Shown here piece after piece: positions 53,200-62,309 of a stretch of 64,000 bases of DNA; position 1 is the stretch's first letter, and each line of letters opens with the position of its first letter. The stretch is from an uncultured delta proteobacterium. Lineage in GTDB: Bacteria > Desulfobacterota > Desulfuromonadia > Geobacterales > Pseudopelobacteraceae. Below the pieces are notes generated by a model. It had not been told where the DNA came from. It ran no database searches and was given only the letters and a program-made list of their open reading frames with translations. The stretch covers positions 448,001-512,000 of the forward strand of contig CAVYYZ010000002.1 of NCBI GenBank assembly GCA_963772835.1, read 5' to 3'. The translations under genes and the position numbers were made by a program.

Positions 53200-53583
53200 C
53201 AACTATTTTCCGACCAGCCAATCTTTTTTCCAGGCGCCCCAAAAACTTCGGTTCCAAAAGGGACTCGCTTTCTATCATAAACAATTTACACCTGTCAAAA
53301 GAAAAATCAATACATGAAAAAATAAATCCACCCAACTCAGACTCATCCACCAAAAACCTCGTAAAATCCATGAGTACCAAGAGTATGAACATTCATAAGA
53401 TTTGTTGAACCGCGCGTCTCAATAAGACCCATCGTGATTATGCCTCCGTCTTATGGTGTCACCGGCATATCCAGCGACCGGTTACAACTTCAGCTGTATT
53501 TATCCTCCTTCCAACCCGGACTGGATGAAGTGTGGCACATAACATTGTACACTCATAATCCGATTCCGCCGTATGAAAACAAA

Positions 53584-54678
53584 TTAACATACGGGCGGCA
53601 TGGTACTTGTCTGAGACTTTAATTCGACACGTTCTATCACCCGGAAGACCGGCGAGAGAATACCCATAAACCAGATAAAGCAGAGCAGTCCGGTCAACAT
53701 ATCGAATATTTTAAAGTTGGTACAAGGTGCGAATATCCGGTCATGAAATTTCAAGCAAGGATATCGTTCTTTACCCGTCAGGGGGCGCAGCCATATATCA
53801 AAAAAATAGAACATCTGCCAGGAGTTCTGGCGGATATATCTGCCGAGAGCATAAAAAGTGCGGGTCGTGCCGCAAAAACCCCATTCGTCGCGAATCATAC
53901 GCCAGAGTAAACTGAAAAACGGAGACAGCAGCAACCTGCCGGTGTCCTGCTGCAGCTGATATATTCCCGGAGCACGGACAAAGAATTCCTCTACATCCAC
54001 ACTGTATAACCCCATCATCATACTCATCAGAATATAGCGGCGGTGAAAGCCTTCTGCCTCAAAGCGCCGTGCCGATGTTTTGAGATGTCCGGGGAGCGTA
54101 ATCCAACGCCCCTGAGATCGGATGTTCTCGGCAATACGTTGATCTTCCAAAAACTGCATGCTTTCATCGAAACCACCGAGATGACAGAAAAACTTCCTGG
54201 AGAGCATTAACCCCTGATCGCCGTTGGTGGTATTTGTGCGGTTAAATGCGGTCTTTTCCTCCGCGTAGCGGTAGGCCACCGCGTTTTGCTGCGTAGTACG
54301 CTCAAAACGGAGGCGGAAATGGCCGGCCACATGTTCGTGTCCACACCGAACGGAGTTTAATGCCTTCAGAGCGGCATGAAGCAGATCCGGATCTTCGATC
54401 GAAGAATCAGCGTGGAGAAAAAGCAGCATATCTCCGGCTGCCAGTTCAGCCGCTGCGTTCATCTGCGCGCCGCGGCCACGCCTGGAGCTTACAAAACTGA
54501 CGCCGAATGTTTCCGCCACGGACTGCGTACCGTCTGTTGAACCGCCGTCACAAACTATTATTTCTAGTGATACCTGTTCCTGTTTCTGCAGATTTTCTAA
54601 CAGGTTCGGCAAACTTTCAGCTTCATTGAGTGTCGGTATAATCACTGAAAGCAGAATAGGGGCGACGGCATCTGCCAT
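53584..54678 (-). CDS. GT2 glycosyltransferase, rSAM/selenodomain-associated (TIGR04283-like)
   Basis: SVIIPTLNE, DGGSTD, GRGAQMN, LFLHAD, GDQG, LED, TSARR; in an operon with ArsS and DUF3047. Confidence 0.82.
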   Translation of the reverse strand: MADAVAPILLSVIIPTLNEAESLPNLLENLQKQEQVSLEIIVCDGGSTDGTQSVAETFGVSFVSSRRGRGAQMNAAAELAAGDMLLFLHADSSIEDPDLLHAALKALNSVRCGHEHVAGHFRLRFERTTQQNAVAYRYAEEKTAFNRTNTTNGDQGLMLSRKFFCHLGGFDESMQFLEDQRIAENIRSQGRWITLPGHLKTSARRFEAEGFHRRYILMSMMMGLYSVDVEEFFVRAPGIYQLQQDTGRLLLSPFFSLLWRMIRDEWGFCGTTRTFYALGRYIRQNSWQMFYFFDIWLRPLTGKERYPCLKFHDRIFAPCTNFKIFDMLTGLLCFIWFMGILSPVFRVIERVELKSQTSTMPPVC

Positions 54679-54681
54679 GGA

Positions 54682-55326
54682 TTACCTGCTCTCTGTCGTA
54701 AGTGAAATTTCCCCGTACCATGCTTCCGCACTCCCACCGGTGTTATCAGTGTCAGTCATGATGGCAATTGCCTCAGCATCCGGCGGGTCGGTTCCGAACT
54801 GGGAGCGGTAGTCAGCAACCAGATCCCGTTCCTCTTCCAACCATCTACCTGCGCTTTCGTTACCTGACTCTACAGCGATCATCATCGCGTTTGAGGTAAA
54901 AGCATTTTGAGCCGACCCACCCTTGGCCAGTTTATTTGCCCAGATATAATTGAGCGCCTTGGTCTGCCAGAAAAACCTCCCGGGAAAAATAACATACAAC
55001 CTGGCAGCATAATCATCACCGCTCTTTAATTTCTCGTCCCCTCCCTTGATCGTACCAGCAATTTTCCAACTCCACCGCAGGTATCGATACCTGGAAGGCT
55101 GAAAGCGGATTTTCCGGATCATCCCGGACGCCGCATCATGACTGGTAGCCTTAACAACTATGCGGCCATTATCTTTTACCAGGCGGTATTCAGTCGCCCC
55201 CTTGAAGCTCTTCGACTCCCATCCCGTCAAGCCATCAGTATTAAAGCGGCCGACCTGGATTTCTTCGGCACCCGCACACGTCGCAAATACAGACAGGAAA
55301 ACAATTATTGTCGCGAAGAGTTTCAC
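54682..55326 (-). CDS. DUF3047 exported protein
   Basis: Signal peptide, LRWSWK, KSGDDYAARLYV, LNYIW, AIMTDTDNT; GTGA overlap with arsS stop. Confidence 0.82.
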   Translation of the reverse strand: MKLFATIIVFLSVFATCAGAEEIQVGRFNTDGLTGWESKSFKGATEYRLVKDNGRIVVKATSHDAASGMIRKIRFQPSRYRYLRWSWKIAGTIKGGDEKLKSGDDYAARLYVIFPGRFFWQTKALNYIWANKLAKGGSAQNAFTSNAMMIAVESGNESAGRWLEEERDLVADYRSQFGTDPPDAEAIAIMTDTDNTGGSAEAWYGEISLTTESR

Positions 55327-56282
55327 TGAACGAGAGCCCCCGTACAACTTGAACCCTCACCGGCAGTGCAGCAATAGCAGTGCTGGGCAAGGTCGATTTT
55401 TTTACCGTTCATACCTGCATTTTCCAGTACTGAAATAGTGACATTAGATCCGTCCGCCGCCGTAACCGGCATTCCAAGAGCCTGATTAAAATCGCAGTTG
55501 TAAACAATACCCTGCCAATCGACACTGATCAGGGTACGGCACATGATATTGCCCGCAGCCTCGGGATTGAACCGCCCTGCCAGCATACGCAGGTAGTCAG
55601 AGTACGTGCCGGTGGCTTCAAGCTGTTCCCGGAAACGCCCGACAGGAGCGTTCGTGATGGTGAAAAGATGATTGAAGACAATTCCGTGACGGTCCAGTAA
55701 TTCTTTTTTGTAGGCATCTTCCAGCGCCCTCTGCGAACCGGGGACAAACTCACCACCCGGATTGTAAACCAGATTAAGCTCCGCCTTTGTTCCATAGCCA
55801 AGGGAATTCAGCCTCTTCAACACCTGAATGCTCTTTTGATACACACCGTTGCCTCGCTGTTGGTCAACGTTCTCCTCCAGATAGCAGGGGAGTGAACCGA
55901 CAATGGTCAGGTTTTGACTCCGGCAGAACTCCGGCAACCATTCCCACCCCGATTCAGCCATGATTGCAAGATTGCTCCGTAGCATCCGGCGGGTTGCCAG
56001 CCCTTCAGTTCGTTCTATCAGGTAACGGAAGTTCGGATTCATCTCCGGACAACCTCCGGTGATATCGAGGGTAAGACCGGGATGACGGGTAAGAAATCCG
56101 GCAATCTGATCCATGACAACCGTTCCCATTATTTCCGTTCCTCGGCTTGAGGCATCGACATGACAGTGGGTGCAATGCAGGTTACAAAGATTGCCCAGGT
56201 TGACCTGCAAAGTCTGCAGGCTCTCAAAAGTTTCGTATTCGGGATTGACCGCCTGAAGGCGGTCTTTGAATAGAGGCACCAT
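55323..56282 (-). CDS. arsS: Radical SAM/Cys-rich protein, ArsS family
   Basis: LQVNLG..CNLHCTHC, DITGG.PE, SLPCY, LVYNP, MCR, DCDFN-like NCDFNQ, C-terminal HCYCCTAGEGSSC. Confidence 0.85.
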   Translation of the reverse strand: MVPLFKDRLQAVNPEYETFESLQTLQVNLGNLCNLHCTHCHVDASSRGTEIMGTVVMDQIAGFLTRHPGLTLDITGGCPEMNPNFRYLIERTEGLATRRMLRSNLAIMAESGWEWLPEFCRSQNLTIVGSLPCYLEENVDQQRGNGVYQKSIQVLKRLNSLGYGTKAELNLVYNPGGEFVPGSQRALEDAYKKELLDRHGIVFNHLFTITNAPVGRFREQLEATGTYSDYLRMLAGRFNPEAAGNIMCRTLISVDWQGIVYNCDFNQALGMPVTAADGSNVTISVLENAGMNGKKIDLAQHCYCCTAGEGSSCTGALVQ

Positions 56283-56397
56283 AATTCGAAATCTGCTCCT
56301 TTGTCGATTGCGACTCAGATGGTAATCAATAAGTTAAGTTCAATGGTGCATTATTTTGCGCTGCTGCTGTCAGTCTGGTTCTGTCCTGCGAAGACTA

Positions 56398-56796
56398 TTA
56401 CTCCGACAGAGGATCTTCACCCTGAGCCCACCCCTGTAAGACGCGGTCGTGTAGTTGAAAATGCTCCCCCGGATGTTCGGTGAGAATAACGTAGACATTT
56501 TGCGGCGGTATGTTGAGGGAGCTCTGCAGTTGATTGATGAAAGCAAGCGACAATGAACGTTTCTGATCGCTCGTACGCCCTCCCCGGATATCTGCGTTGA
56601 CAAAAACGATGCCGTCCGCCGGGTTGGTGGCACGGCCGAAAGAGAGATCATTCGCCCCGTAACAGCGCAAGGTGACGCCAATATGATCCGTGCCGGTATC
56701 CATAATTGTTGCAAAGTGTTCCTTGATCTTTGCCGCGAAGGTGATTTTGTCGTCCTCGCTGAGGGTAAAATTAAACTCGAACTGAAGGTGTGGCAT
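56398..56796 (-). CDS. Tautomerase superfamily protein (4-OT/CHMI/MIF-like)
   Basis: Pro1 after Met (MPHLQFE), duplicated beta-alpha-beta pattern, GRTSDQK; AGGAGG RBS. Confidence 0.75.
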   Translation of the reverse strand: MPHLQFEFNFTLSEDDKITFAAKIKEHFATIMDTGTDHIGVTLRCYGANDLSFGRATNPADGIVFVNADIRGGRTSDQKRSLSLAFINQLQSSLNIPPQNVYVILTEHPGEHFQLHDRVLQGWAQGEDPLSE

Positions 56797-56800
56797 GATG

Positions 56801-57490
56801 TTAATCCTCCTTTTCTTTTTCTCCGTTCTTCCACTTGTTGTACAGAACCGGAATCAGCGCAAACAGCCCGAGTAGCGCGAACGAACCGAGCACTCTGGGC
56901 GAAACGATGCCGGAGAGCGAATCGATGCTTGCCAGGCTCGCACCGGCGTTAACATAGACAAAGCCCCCTGGGATGATGCCGAGCATGGTGCCGAGGAAGA
57001 ATGTTCGCAGCGGCAACCGGGTCAGGCCGGCCGACAAGTTGATCAGGAAGAACGGAAACAGCGGCACCAGGCGCAGAAACAACAGATAACTGAACCCGCG
57101 CTCTTCCAGCTCCCGGTTCATCCCCTCCAGTTTGCTGCCGAATTTGTTCAGGACGACATCACGCAGCAGATAGCGGGTTATCAGAAAAGCCAGGGTAGCG
57201 CCAAGAGTAGCGGCAATATTGGCGTAGACCGTACCCATTATGGAACCGAAGATGGCTCCGGCCGCCAGTGACAAAATAGCGGCACCAGGAAGTGACAGGG
57301 CCGTCTGTATGATATAGACAGCCATGAAGCCGGCCACCATAACTAACTGATGGGCAACGTAATAATCCACTAGAATTTGGCGGTTGGCCTTGAGCGCAGC
57401 CAACGTCAGAAAACGCTGCAGGTCGAAGGAGAAGAAAAGTATGACAGCACCGATACCGACCAGAGCCAATGCAATTTTTTTAGCTTTCAT
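56801..57490 (-). CDS. TVP38/TMEM64 (DedA/VTT) membrane protein
   Basis: LSLPGA..LSLAAGAIFG, LRLVPLFPF..IN. Confidence 0.9.
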   Translation of the reverse strand: MKAKKIALALVGIGAVILFFSFDLQRFLTLAALKANRQILVDYYVAHQLVMVAGFMAVYIIQTALSLPGAAILSLAAGAIFGSIMGTVYANIAATLGATLAFLITRYLLRDVVLNKFGSKLEGMNRELEERGFSYLLFLRLVPLFPFFLINLSAGLTRLPLRTFFLGTMLGIIPGGFVYVNAGASLASIDSLSGIVSPRVLGSFALLGLFALIPVLYNKWKNGEKEKED

Positions 57491-57494
57491 GGTT

Positions 57495-59018
57495 TTAACG
57501 CCTCTGCCATTTCAGCCAGCCTGAAAGAAGGTTCTTCACAAATGGCGTCAGCCGGGTCCGGTTGTAGGCGTCTGCCAAGCGTTTGACGACCTCGGCTTGG
57601 GTCGGATACGGATGAATGGTTTTGCCGATGGCAGAAATTGCGAGCCCATTGGTAATGGCGAGCGAAAATTCGTTGATCATCTCCCCTGCATGCCGGGCCA
57701 CGATGGTGGCGCCAAGTATCTTGTCCGTCCCCTTGCGCAGATGAACCCGGGCAAATCCCTCGGCTTCGCCATCCAGAACCGCCCGGTCGATATCGGACAG
57801 TGGCACGGTAAGCGTGGTCACTTCAATCCCTTTTTCTGCGGCATCGGCTTCATACATACCGACATGGGCAATCTCCGGATCGGTATAGGTGCACCAGGGA
57901 ATGGTGAGGGCAGATGCCTTCTGTCTCCCCATAAAGAGGGCATTGGCAATCAGGATGCGGGCCAAGGCGTCGGCGGTATGGGTAAATTTGAACGGGAAGC
58001 AGATGTCGCCGGCGGCATAGACATTCGGATTTGAGGTTTGCAGGTTGTCATTGACCGTAACACCTGAACGGTCAAACTTTATGCCTGCTTTCTCCAGTCC
58101 AAGGCCATCCATATTAGGTGCGCGGCCAACCCCCACCAATATGGTATCTACGGTCACATCTACCCGTTTTCCATCACGTTCAAGATGGAGAATCTTATCA
58201 CTACCGTTTATTTCTATTCCGACAATATTCACGCCCAACTGCAGATCAATTCCTTCACGAACAAATGTATCGTGAAGTAGCTCAGCGGCATCGCCATCTT
58301 CACGACCGAGAATATGGGGGCCCAGTTCAATCAGGGATACACGGCTGCCAAAGCGGGCAAATGACTGAGCCATCTCGCAGCCGATGGGACCGGCACCGAT
58401 TACCGCCATTCGAGGTGGAAGTTCAGTGAGGGAGAATAAGGTTTCGTTGGACAGGTACCCGGCTTCTTCCAAACCCGGTATTGGCGGGGCGGCAGCACGG
58501 GCACCCGTACAGACAGCGGCTTTTTTGAAGCGCAGGGTTTTGCCCGCCACCTCGACCGTATCTGCACCGCTGAAGCTACCCTGACCGATAAATACGTCAA
58601 TCCCCAATTCGTCGCGGAAACGGCGGGCGGAGTCGTGATGACTGATGTCAGCACGCAATCGGCGCATCCGCTCCATGGCGATGCCGAAGTCAAAACCCAG
58701 CTTTTGACTCTCCACAACCCCAAATTCAGCAGAGTTACGAGCATGGTGGACAGCACGGGAGGCACTGATGACCCCCTTTGAGGGGACACAGCCGACATTC
58801 AGACAGTCTCCCCCCATCAGATGCCGCTCAATGAGAGCAACTTTTGCCCCCAATCCGGCGGCGCCGGCAGCCGATATCAGGCCGGCCGTACCGCCACCGA
58901 TAACGACAAGATTGTACTGACCGGCCGGCTCAGGATTGACCCAATCCGGGGGACGTACGTTCGCCACCAGTGTTTCATTATAGATATCACGTGGCAATAC
59001 TGCCTGATCGGGCTTCAT
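57495..59018 (-). CDS. Flavin-disulfide oxidoreductase (MerA/E3-like, not a true mercuric reductase)
   Basis: GGGTAG, GGDCLNVGCVP, GAGPIG.E, HPYPTQAE; no C-terminal Cys-Cys. Confidence 0.88.
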   Translation of the reverse strand: MKPDQAVLPRDIYNETLVANVRPPDWVNPEPAGQYNLVVIGGGTAGLISAAGAAGLGAKVALIERHLMGGDCLNVGCVPSKGVISASRAVHHARNSAEFGVVESQKLGFDFGIAMERMRRLRADISHHDSARRFRDELGIDVFIGQGSFSGADTVEVAGKTLRFKKAAVCTGARAAAPPIPGLEEAGYLSNETLFSLTELPPRMAVIGAGPIGCEMAQSFARFGSRVSLIELGPHILGREDGDAAELLHDTFVREGIDLQLGVNIVGIEINGSDKILHLERDGKRVDVTVDTILVGVGRAPNMDGLGLEKAGIKFDRSGVTVNDNLQTSNPNVYAAGDICFPFKFTHTADALARILIANALFMGRQKASALTIPWCTYTDPEIAHVGMYEADAAEKGIEVTTLTVPLSDIDRAVLDGEAEGFARVHLRKGTDKILGATIVARHAGEMINEFSLAITNGLAISAIGKTIHPYPTQAEVVKRLADAYNRTRLTPFVKNLLSGWLKWQRR

Positions 59019-59163
59019 CGCAACCACTCCATTTGCACTAATACATCGGCTTCATGCCGGATTTACAAAGATTTCTGCCATTGTTTTTTCAATGCAGAAA
59101 AATTGCGGACTTCTCAATCAAAGATCCCAAAGGTGCCAGCGGTTTAAGCTGGTCGTCACTCAA

Positions 59164-59952
59164 TCAGTGTGCTTCTTTACGCAGCTGTCGCTCCCGTAGG
59201 TCATCTTTCCACTGGTACGGCAAATCCACAATCGACCCGGCTGGTAATGTTTCTGCTGCAAAGTGTAAGCAGTCTTTCAGCACCGCTTCGTGTGTCGCCT
59301 CGTCACCCGCATCGCCAAGCGTCAGACCGAATGGATGCTGGATGAAGAGTGCTTTTGATGGCTTGACCAGATCGGTCATCTCTTTCACCAGAGATAAGGA
59401 AATTGTCGGGATGCCGAATATATCGAGTACTCGTTGGACCAGTCCCACGGACTGGGAACATACCGGTCACGAAGGGACCAGGACTGCCAGATCCACCCCA
59501 TCGTCACGGAGCATTCTCGCTACCTGGGGTGCATTATTCCAAAGCAGCCTCTCAGTACGCGGGATGTAACCCATAAATGAAAAGTGGCGCGGAGCAGTAG
59601 CTCCGATAGTCCCGTTTTCCTCCAATTGCCTGAGAAGTTGATAAGGGAAAACGGTGCCCAGATCGGTCAAAGCCCGTTTAGTATCGTAACCGGGATGCGA
59701 AAGCGAGATTTGTTCGACAGGCGTATCGCCCGGAATAATCCGAAAGCTGTCGTCGCCAAGAGGATTTCGACTATCAAAACGGGCCTGGCAGCCGGCAAGG
59801 TAGGCACCTGCCGTTACGATCAACGCAACTTTGCATTCATTGACCGGCTTGCAGAGCGGTGTCGGCTCAGTAGGTGATACAAAGGGAGTCCATTCGAAAT
59901 CAGGAAGAACTTTCCCCCTGATAAAATCTCCTTCCACATCCAAAAAGCTCAT
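59164..59952 (-). CDS. GrdB/PrdB-family selenoprotein, 262 aa with Sec at the in-frame UGA 59467-59469
   Basis: Track ORFs 59467..59952 and 59164..59448 are in frame; read-through gives VPS-U-PVCSQSVGLVQR; SECIS-like hairpin follows; GRDB-type motifs (VALIVTAG, GDDSFR, HPGYD, SFMG). Confidence 0.88.
59439..59455 (-). promoter_or_regulatory. Bacterial SECIS-like hairpin
   Basis: Minus: UGA-11 nt-CCAGUCC-GUG-GGACUGG (perfect 7-bp stem, G-containing loop). Confidence 0.8.
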
Positions 59953-59987
59953 GGCAGCCCCCTCTCAAAGGTAGATCATCAATGTAG

Positions 59988-60836
59988 TTATGACGGATAT
60001 GGATTTTTTCCTGCCGGTATCATTCCTTCACAGGGCACGTTAGTCTGACATAAACCACATCCGGTGGCGGTGACGCCATACAGTGCACTTACCGCATCAG
60101 GTATGGTTCCATATACATATGAGCGACATTTATTCTTATCGTGGCCATTACGTGACAGAGCGCCAACCGGGCAACGACCGATACACGCGCCACATGTGCC
60201 TTCGCGGTAATAAAGGCAATTAGCATGACGCTCAGGGTACGGACGATGTGTTGGCTCGAGCACAAGATCCGTAATGACACTCCCTAAACGGTGAGCAATC
60301 CCCTTCGGAGTGATGAGTGCATCGGTTAGGCTGAAAGTGCCCAAGCCTGCAGCATAGGCAGCATGCCGCTCTGACCAGGTGGAGGCTACACCGACGGCAG
60401 TTTCACTCATTTCTCGCCAGGCCGTCATCAATTGTGGTGCGGCAGCGCGGTGCCCTCGTTCAGTAAACCAGGTAATCATATGACGGCGAAGTGCGGTATT
60501 GAATTGTTCGCCATAATTCCGCGTTTCCGCCCACTCCCGCGACGGATAGACATTTTCGCTCCTATTGGAAGCCCGGGTCTGGATAGTTATCGGCAAGACC
60601 CAGCTTATGACTGTGGCCGGAATCCATGGATCTTCCGGAGTAGAGACAGAAACGAGCTCAGCCGGAGTGAGGTGGAATTCGCCGATTACTGATTTGTATA
60701 ATGTAAAGAGGGGGTCTGTCGCGGCTGAAAAACCGATCAAAGGTTCATCGAAATAGCGGTCACCTCTTCCGGAAAAGCAATTGGCGCTGTTTTCACGCAC
60801 AAAACGACGGACCTCCTCGCATAGAGAACGTTCCAC
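59988..60836 (-). CDS. QueG/reductive-dehalogenase-like 2x[4Fe-4S] protein (probably cobalamin-binding)
   Basis: WSERHAAYAAGLG, R.GSVIT, C..CGACIGRCP, GCGLCQTNVPC; GTG start with AAGGAGG RBS. Confidence 0.75.
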   Translation of the reverse strand: MERSLCEEVRRFVRENSANCFSGRGDRYFDEPLIGFSAATDPLFTLYKSVIGEFHLTPAELVSVSTPEDPWIPATVISWVLPITIQTRASNRSENVYPSREWAETRNYGEQFNTALRRHMITWFTERGHRAAAPQLMTAWREMSETAVGVASTWSERHAAYAAGLGTFSLTDALITPKGIAHRLGSVITDLVLEPTHRPYPERHANCLYYREGTCGACIGRCPVGALSRNGHDKNKCRSYVYGTIPDAVSALYGVTATGCGLCQTNVPCEGMIPAGKNPYPS

Positions 60837-60947
60837 ACTTCCTCCTTTGAATCTGATTTCATTGTCATCAACCCGGGGAAAAATCACTGCAACTGTGCAA
60901 TCAGCGGGCACCCCCCGCCCTCGTTGGTTCCAGTAAGTCAGGACAGG

Positions 60948-61502
60948 CTACTTAACGAATTTCATGGCAGCAGAATTCATGCAGTAACGCAATCCCGTGG
61001 GTTTGGGACCGTCATCGAAAACATGGCCCAGATGAGCGTCGCAGCGGCTGCATAATACTTCGGTACGTTTTGAAAACAGGCTGTTGTCGTCGCGGGTCGT
61101 AATATTCTCCGGTGCGATCGGCTGCCAGAAACTGGGCCACCCGGTACCGGATTCGTACTTATGCTCTGATCGGAACAGATCGTTGCCACAGCAGATGCAT
61201 TGGTACGTGCCGGCCTCGTGATTGTTCCAGGTGGCTCCGGTGAAGGCCCGTTCCGTTCCCTGTTCGCGGGTGACGTGGTACTGCTCCTGCGTCAGTTGTT
61301 TACGCCATTCCTCCTCAGTTTTAACAACTTTATCGCTCATGATATACCCCTTTTGGAGTGCGGAATACAGTTTCATCGATGATGCCTGCGTCGCCCCGCC
61401 GCCAGTTGATTTGGCCGTTGCTGCCGTAATTGACCCTTTTCTGCTGCAGGCAAGAAGTAGAGTGCTCATACCGCCGATAATAAATAATCTTCGTGAGATC
61501 AT
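60948..61502 (-). CDS. msrB: Methionine-R-sulfoxide reductase with N-terminal RR/lipobox extension
   Basis: [29 protein letters not shown]. Confidence 0.94.
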   Translation of the reverse strand: MISRRLFIIGGMSTLLLACSRKGSITAATAKSTGGGATQASSMKLYSALQKGYIMSDKVVKTEEEWRKQLTQEQYHVTREQGTERAFTGATWNNHEAGTYQCICCGNDLFRSEHKYESGTGWPSFWQPIAPENITTRDDNSLFSKRTEVLCSRCDAHLGHVFDDGPKPTGLRYCMNSAAMKFVK

Positions 61503-61521
61503 ACCGGTCTCCTTTCAACCG

Positions 61522-62127
61522 TTAATGCCCCGCCGCGCTTCCCCACAACTCCTTGAGCCTCTGGTCACGGCCGCAGCCGTTACGGTAATATGTGTAGCGG
61601 AGTGGATTTTTTTTGTAGTAGTGCTGATGGTATTCTTCAGCCGGGTAAAATTCACCGGCCGGTGAAATCTCGGTTACGATCGACTCCCTGAAGGGTTTGT
61701 TCTTTTCGAGAGCTGCCTTCGATTGCACGGCAGCCCGGCGCTGTGCTTCTGAATTGTAGAAAATTGCACTTCGATACTGGTCGCCCGAATCGCAGAACTG
61801 GCGATCTTTTACGGTCGGGTCAATATTATGCCAGTAGACGGACAGAAGCTTTTCATAACTGATTTTCGACGGATCATACACAATCTGCACCGCCTCGGCA
61901 TGCCCTGTCCCTCCGGCAGAAACCTCCCTGTAGGTCGGATTCTTCTTTTTTCCGCCAATGTAGCCGGGAGTAACAGAGACTACGCCGGGAAGCTGGTCGA
62001 ACGGTGCCTCCATACACCAGAAGCAGCCTCCGGCCAATGCGGCTTTTTCAGTTGTTGCTGCCAATACCTGTTGAAAGGGACTCAGGAGGAGAAAGGTGAC
62101 TGTCAGAAACCGGGCCATGATATTCAT
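61522..62127 (-). CDS. msrA: Methionine-S-sulfoxide reductase with signal peptide
   Basis: GGCFWCME, GHAEAV, QFCD.G.QYRS, AEEYHQ.YY. Confidence 0.95.
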   Translation of the reverse strand: MNIMARFLTVTFLLLSPFQQVLAATTEKAALAGGCFWCMEAPFDQLPGVVSVTPGYIGGKKKNPTYREVSAGGTGHAEAVQIVYDPSKISYEKLLSVYWHNIDPTVKDRQFCDSGDQYRSAIFYNSEAQRRAAVQSKAALEKNKPFRESIVTEISPAGEFYPAEEYHQHYYKKNPLRYTYYRNGCGRDQRLKELWGSAAGH

Positions 62128-62232
62128 TGTGTTTACCTCGCTTTTAATGCGTCGGTACAAAATATATTAAGGACAATTTCGGTCTTATTATAGCATAATC
62201 TCCGCTCTTGTGAAGAATGAATCTTTAAAACA

Positions 62233-62265
62233 AATATATCCCGCGACAGAGCCGTGGGATATATT
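62233..62265 (-). terminator. Terminator downstream of glmS
   Basis: AATATATCCC...GGGATATATT hairpin. Confidence 0.7.
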
Positions 62266-62309
62266 GAAAGGGTACTATTCAGATCAAGTGTTTGAAAGCA
62301 ATATATCGA

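Noticed and set aside
53420..53580. Possible sRNA between the GT2 gene and the rRNA promoter
   Set aside because: Only a short ATAAGAC/GTCTTAT inverted repeat, with no terminator or recognisable family
55323..55400. Sec at the ArsS C-terminus
   Set aside because: The GSSC position is a Cys codon; the TGA lies 7 codons later and overlaps the next start
57495..59018. Mercuric reductase / mer operon
   Set aside because: No C-terminal Cys-Cys, no N-terminal metal-binding domain and no merR/T/P nearby
59164..59952. Pseudogene or two separate small genes
   Set aside because: The in-frame UGA falls in a UxxC context with a correctly spaced hairpin, so Sec read-through fits better
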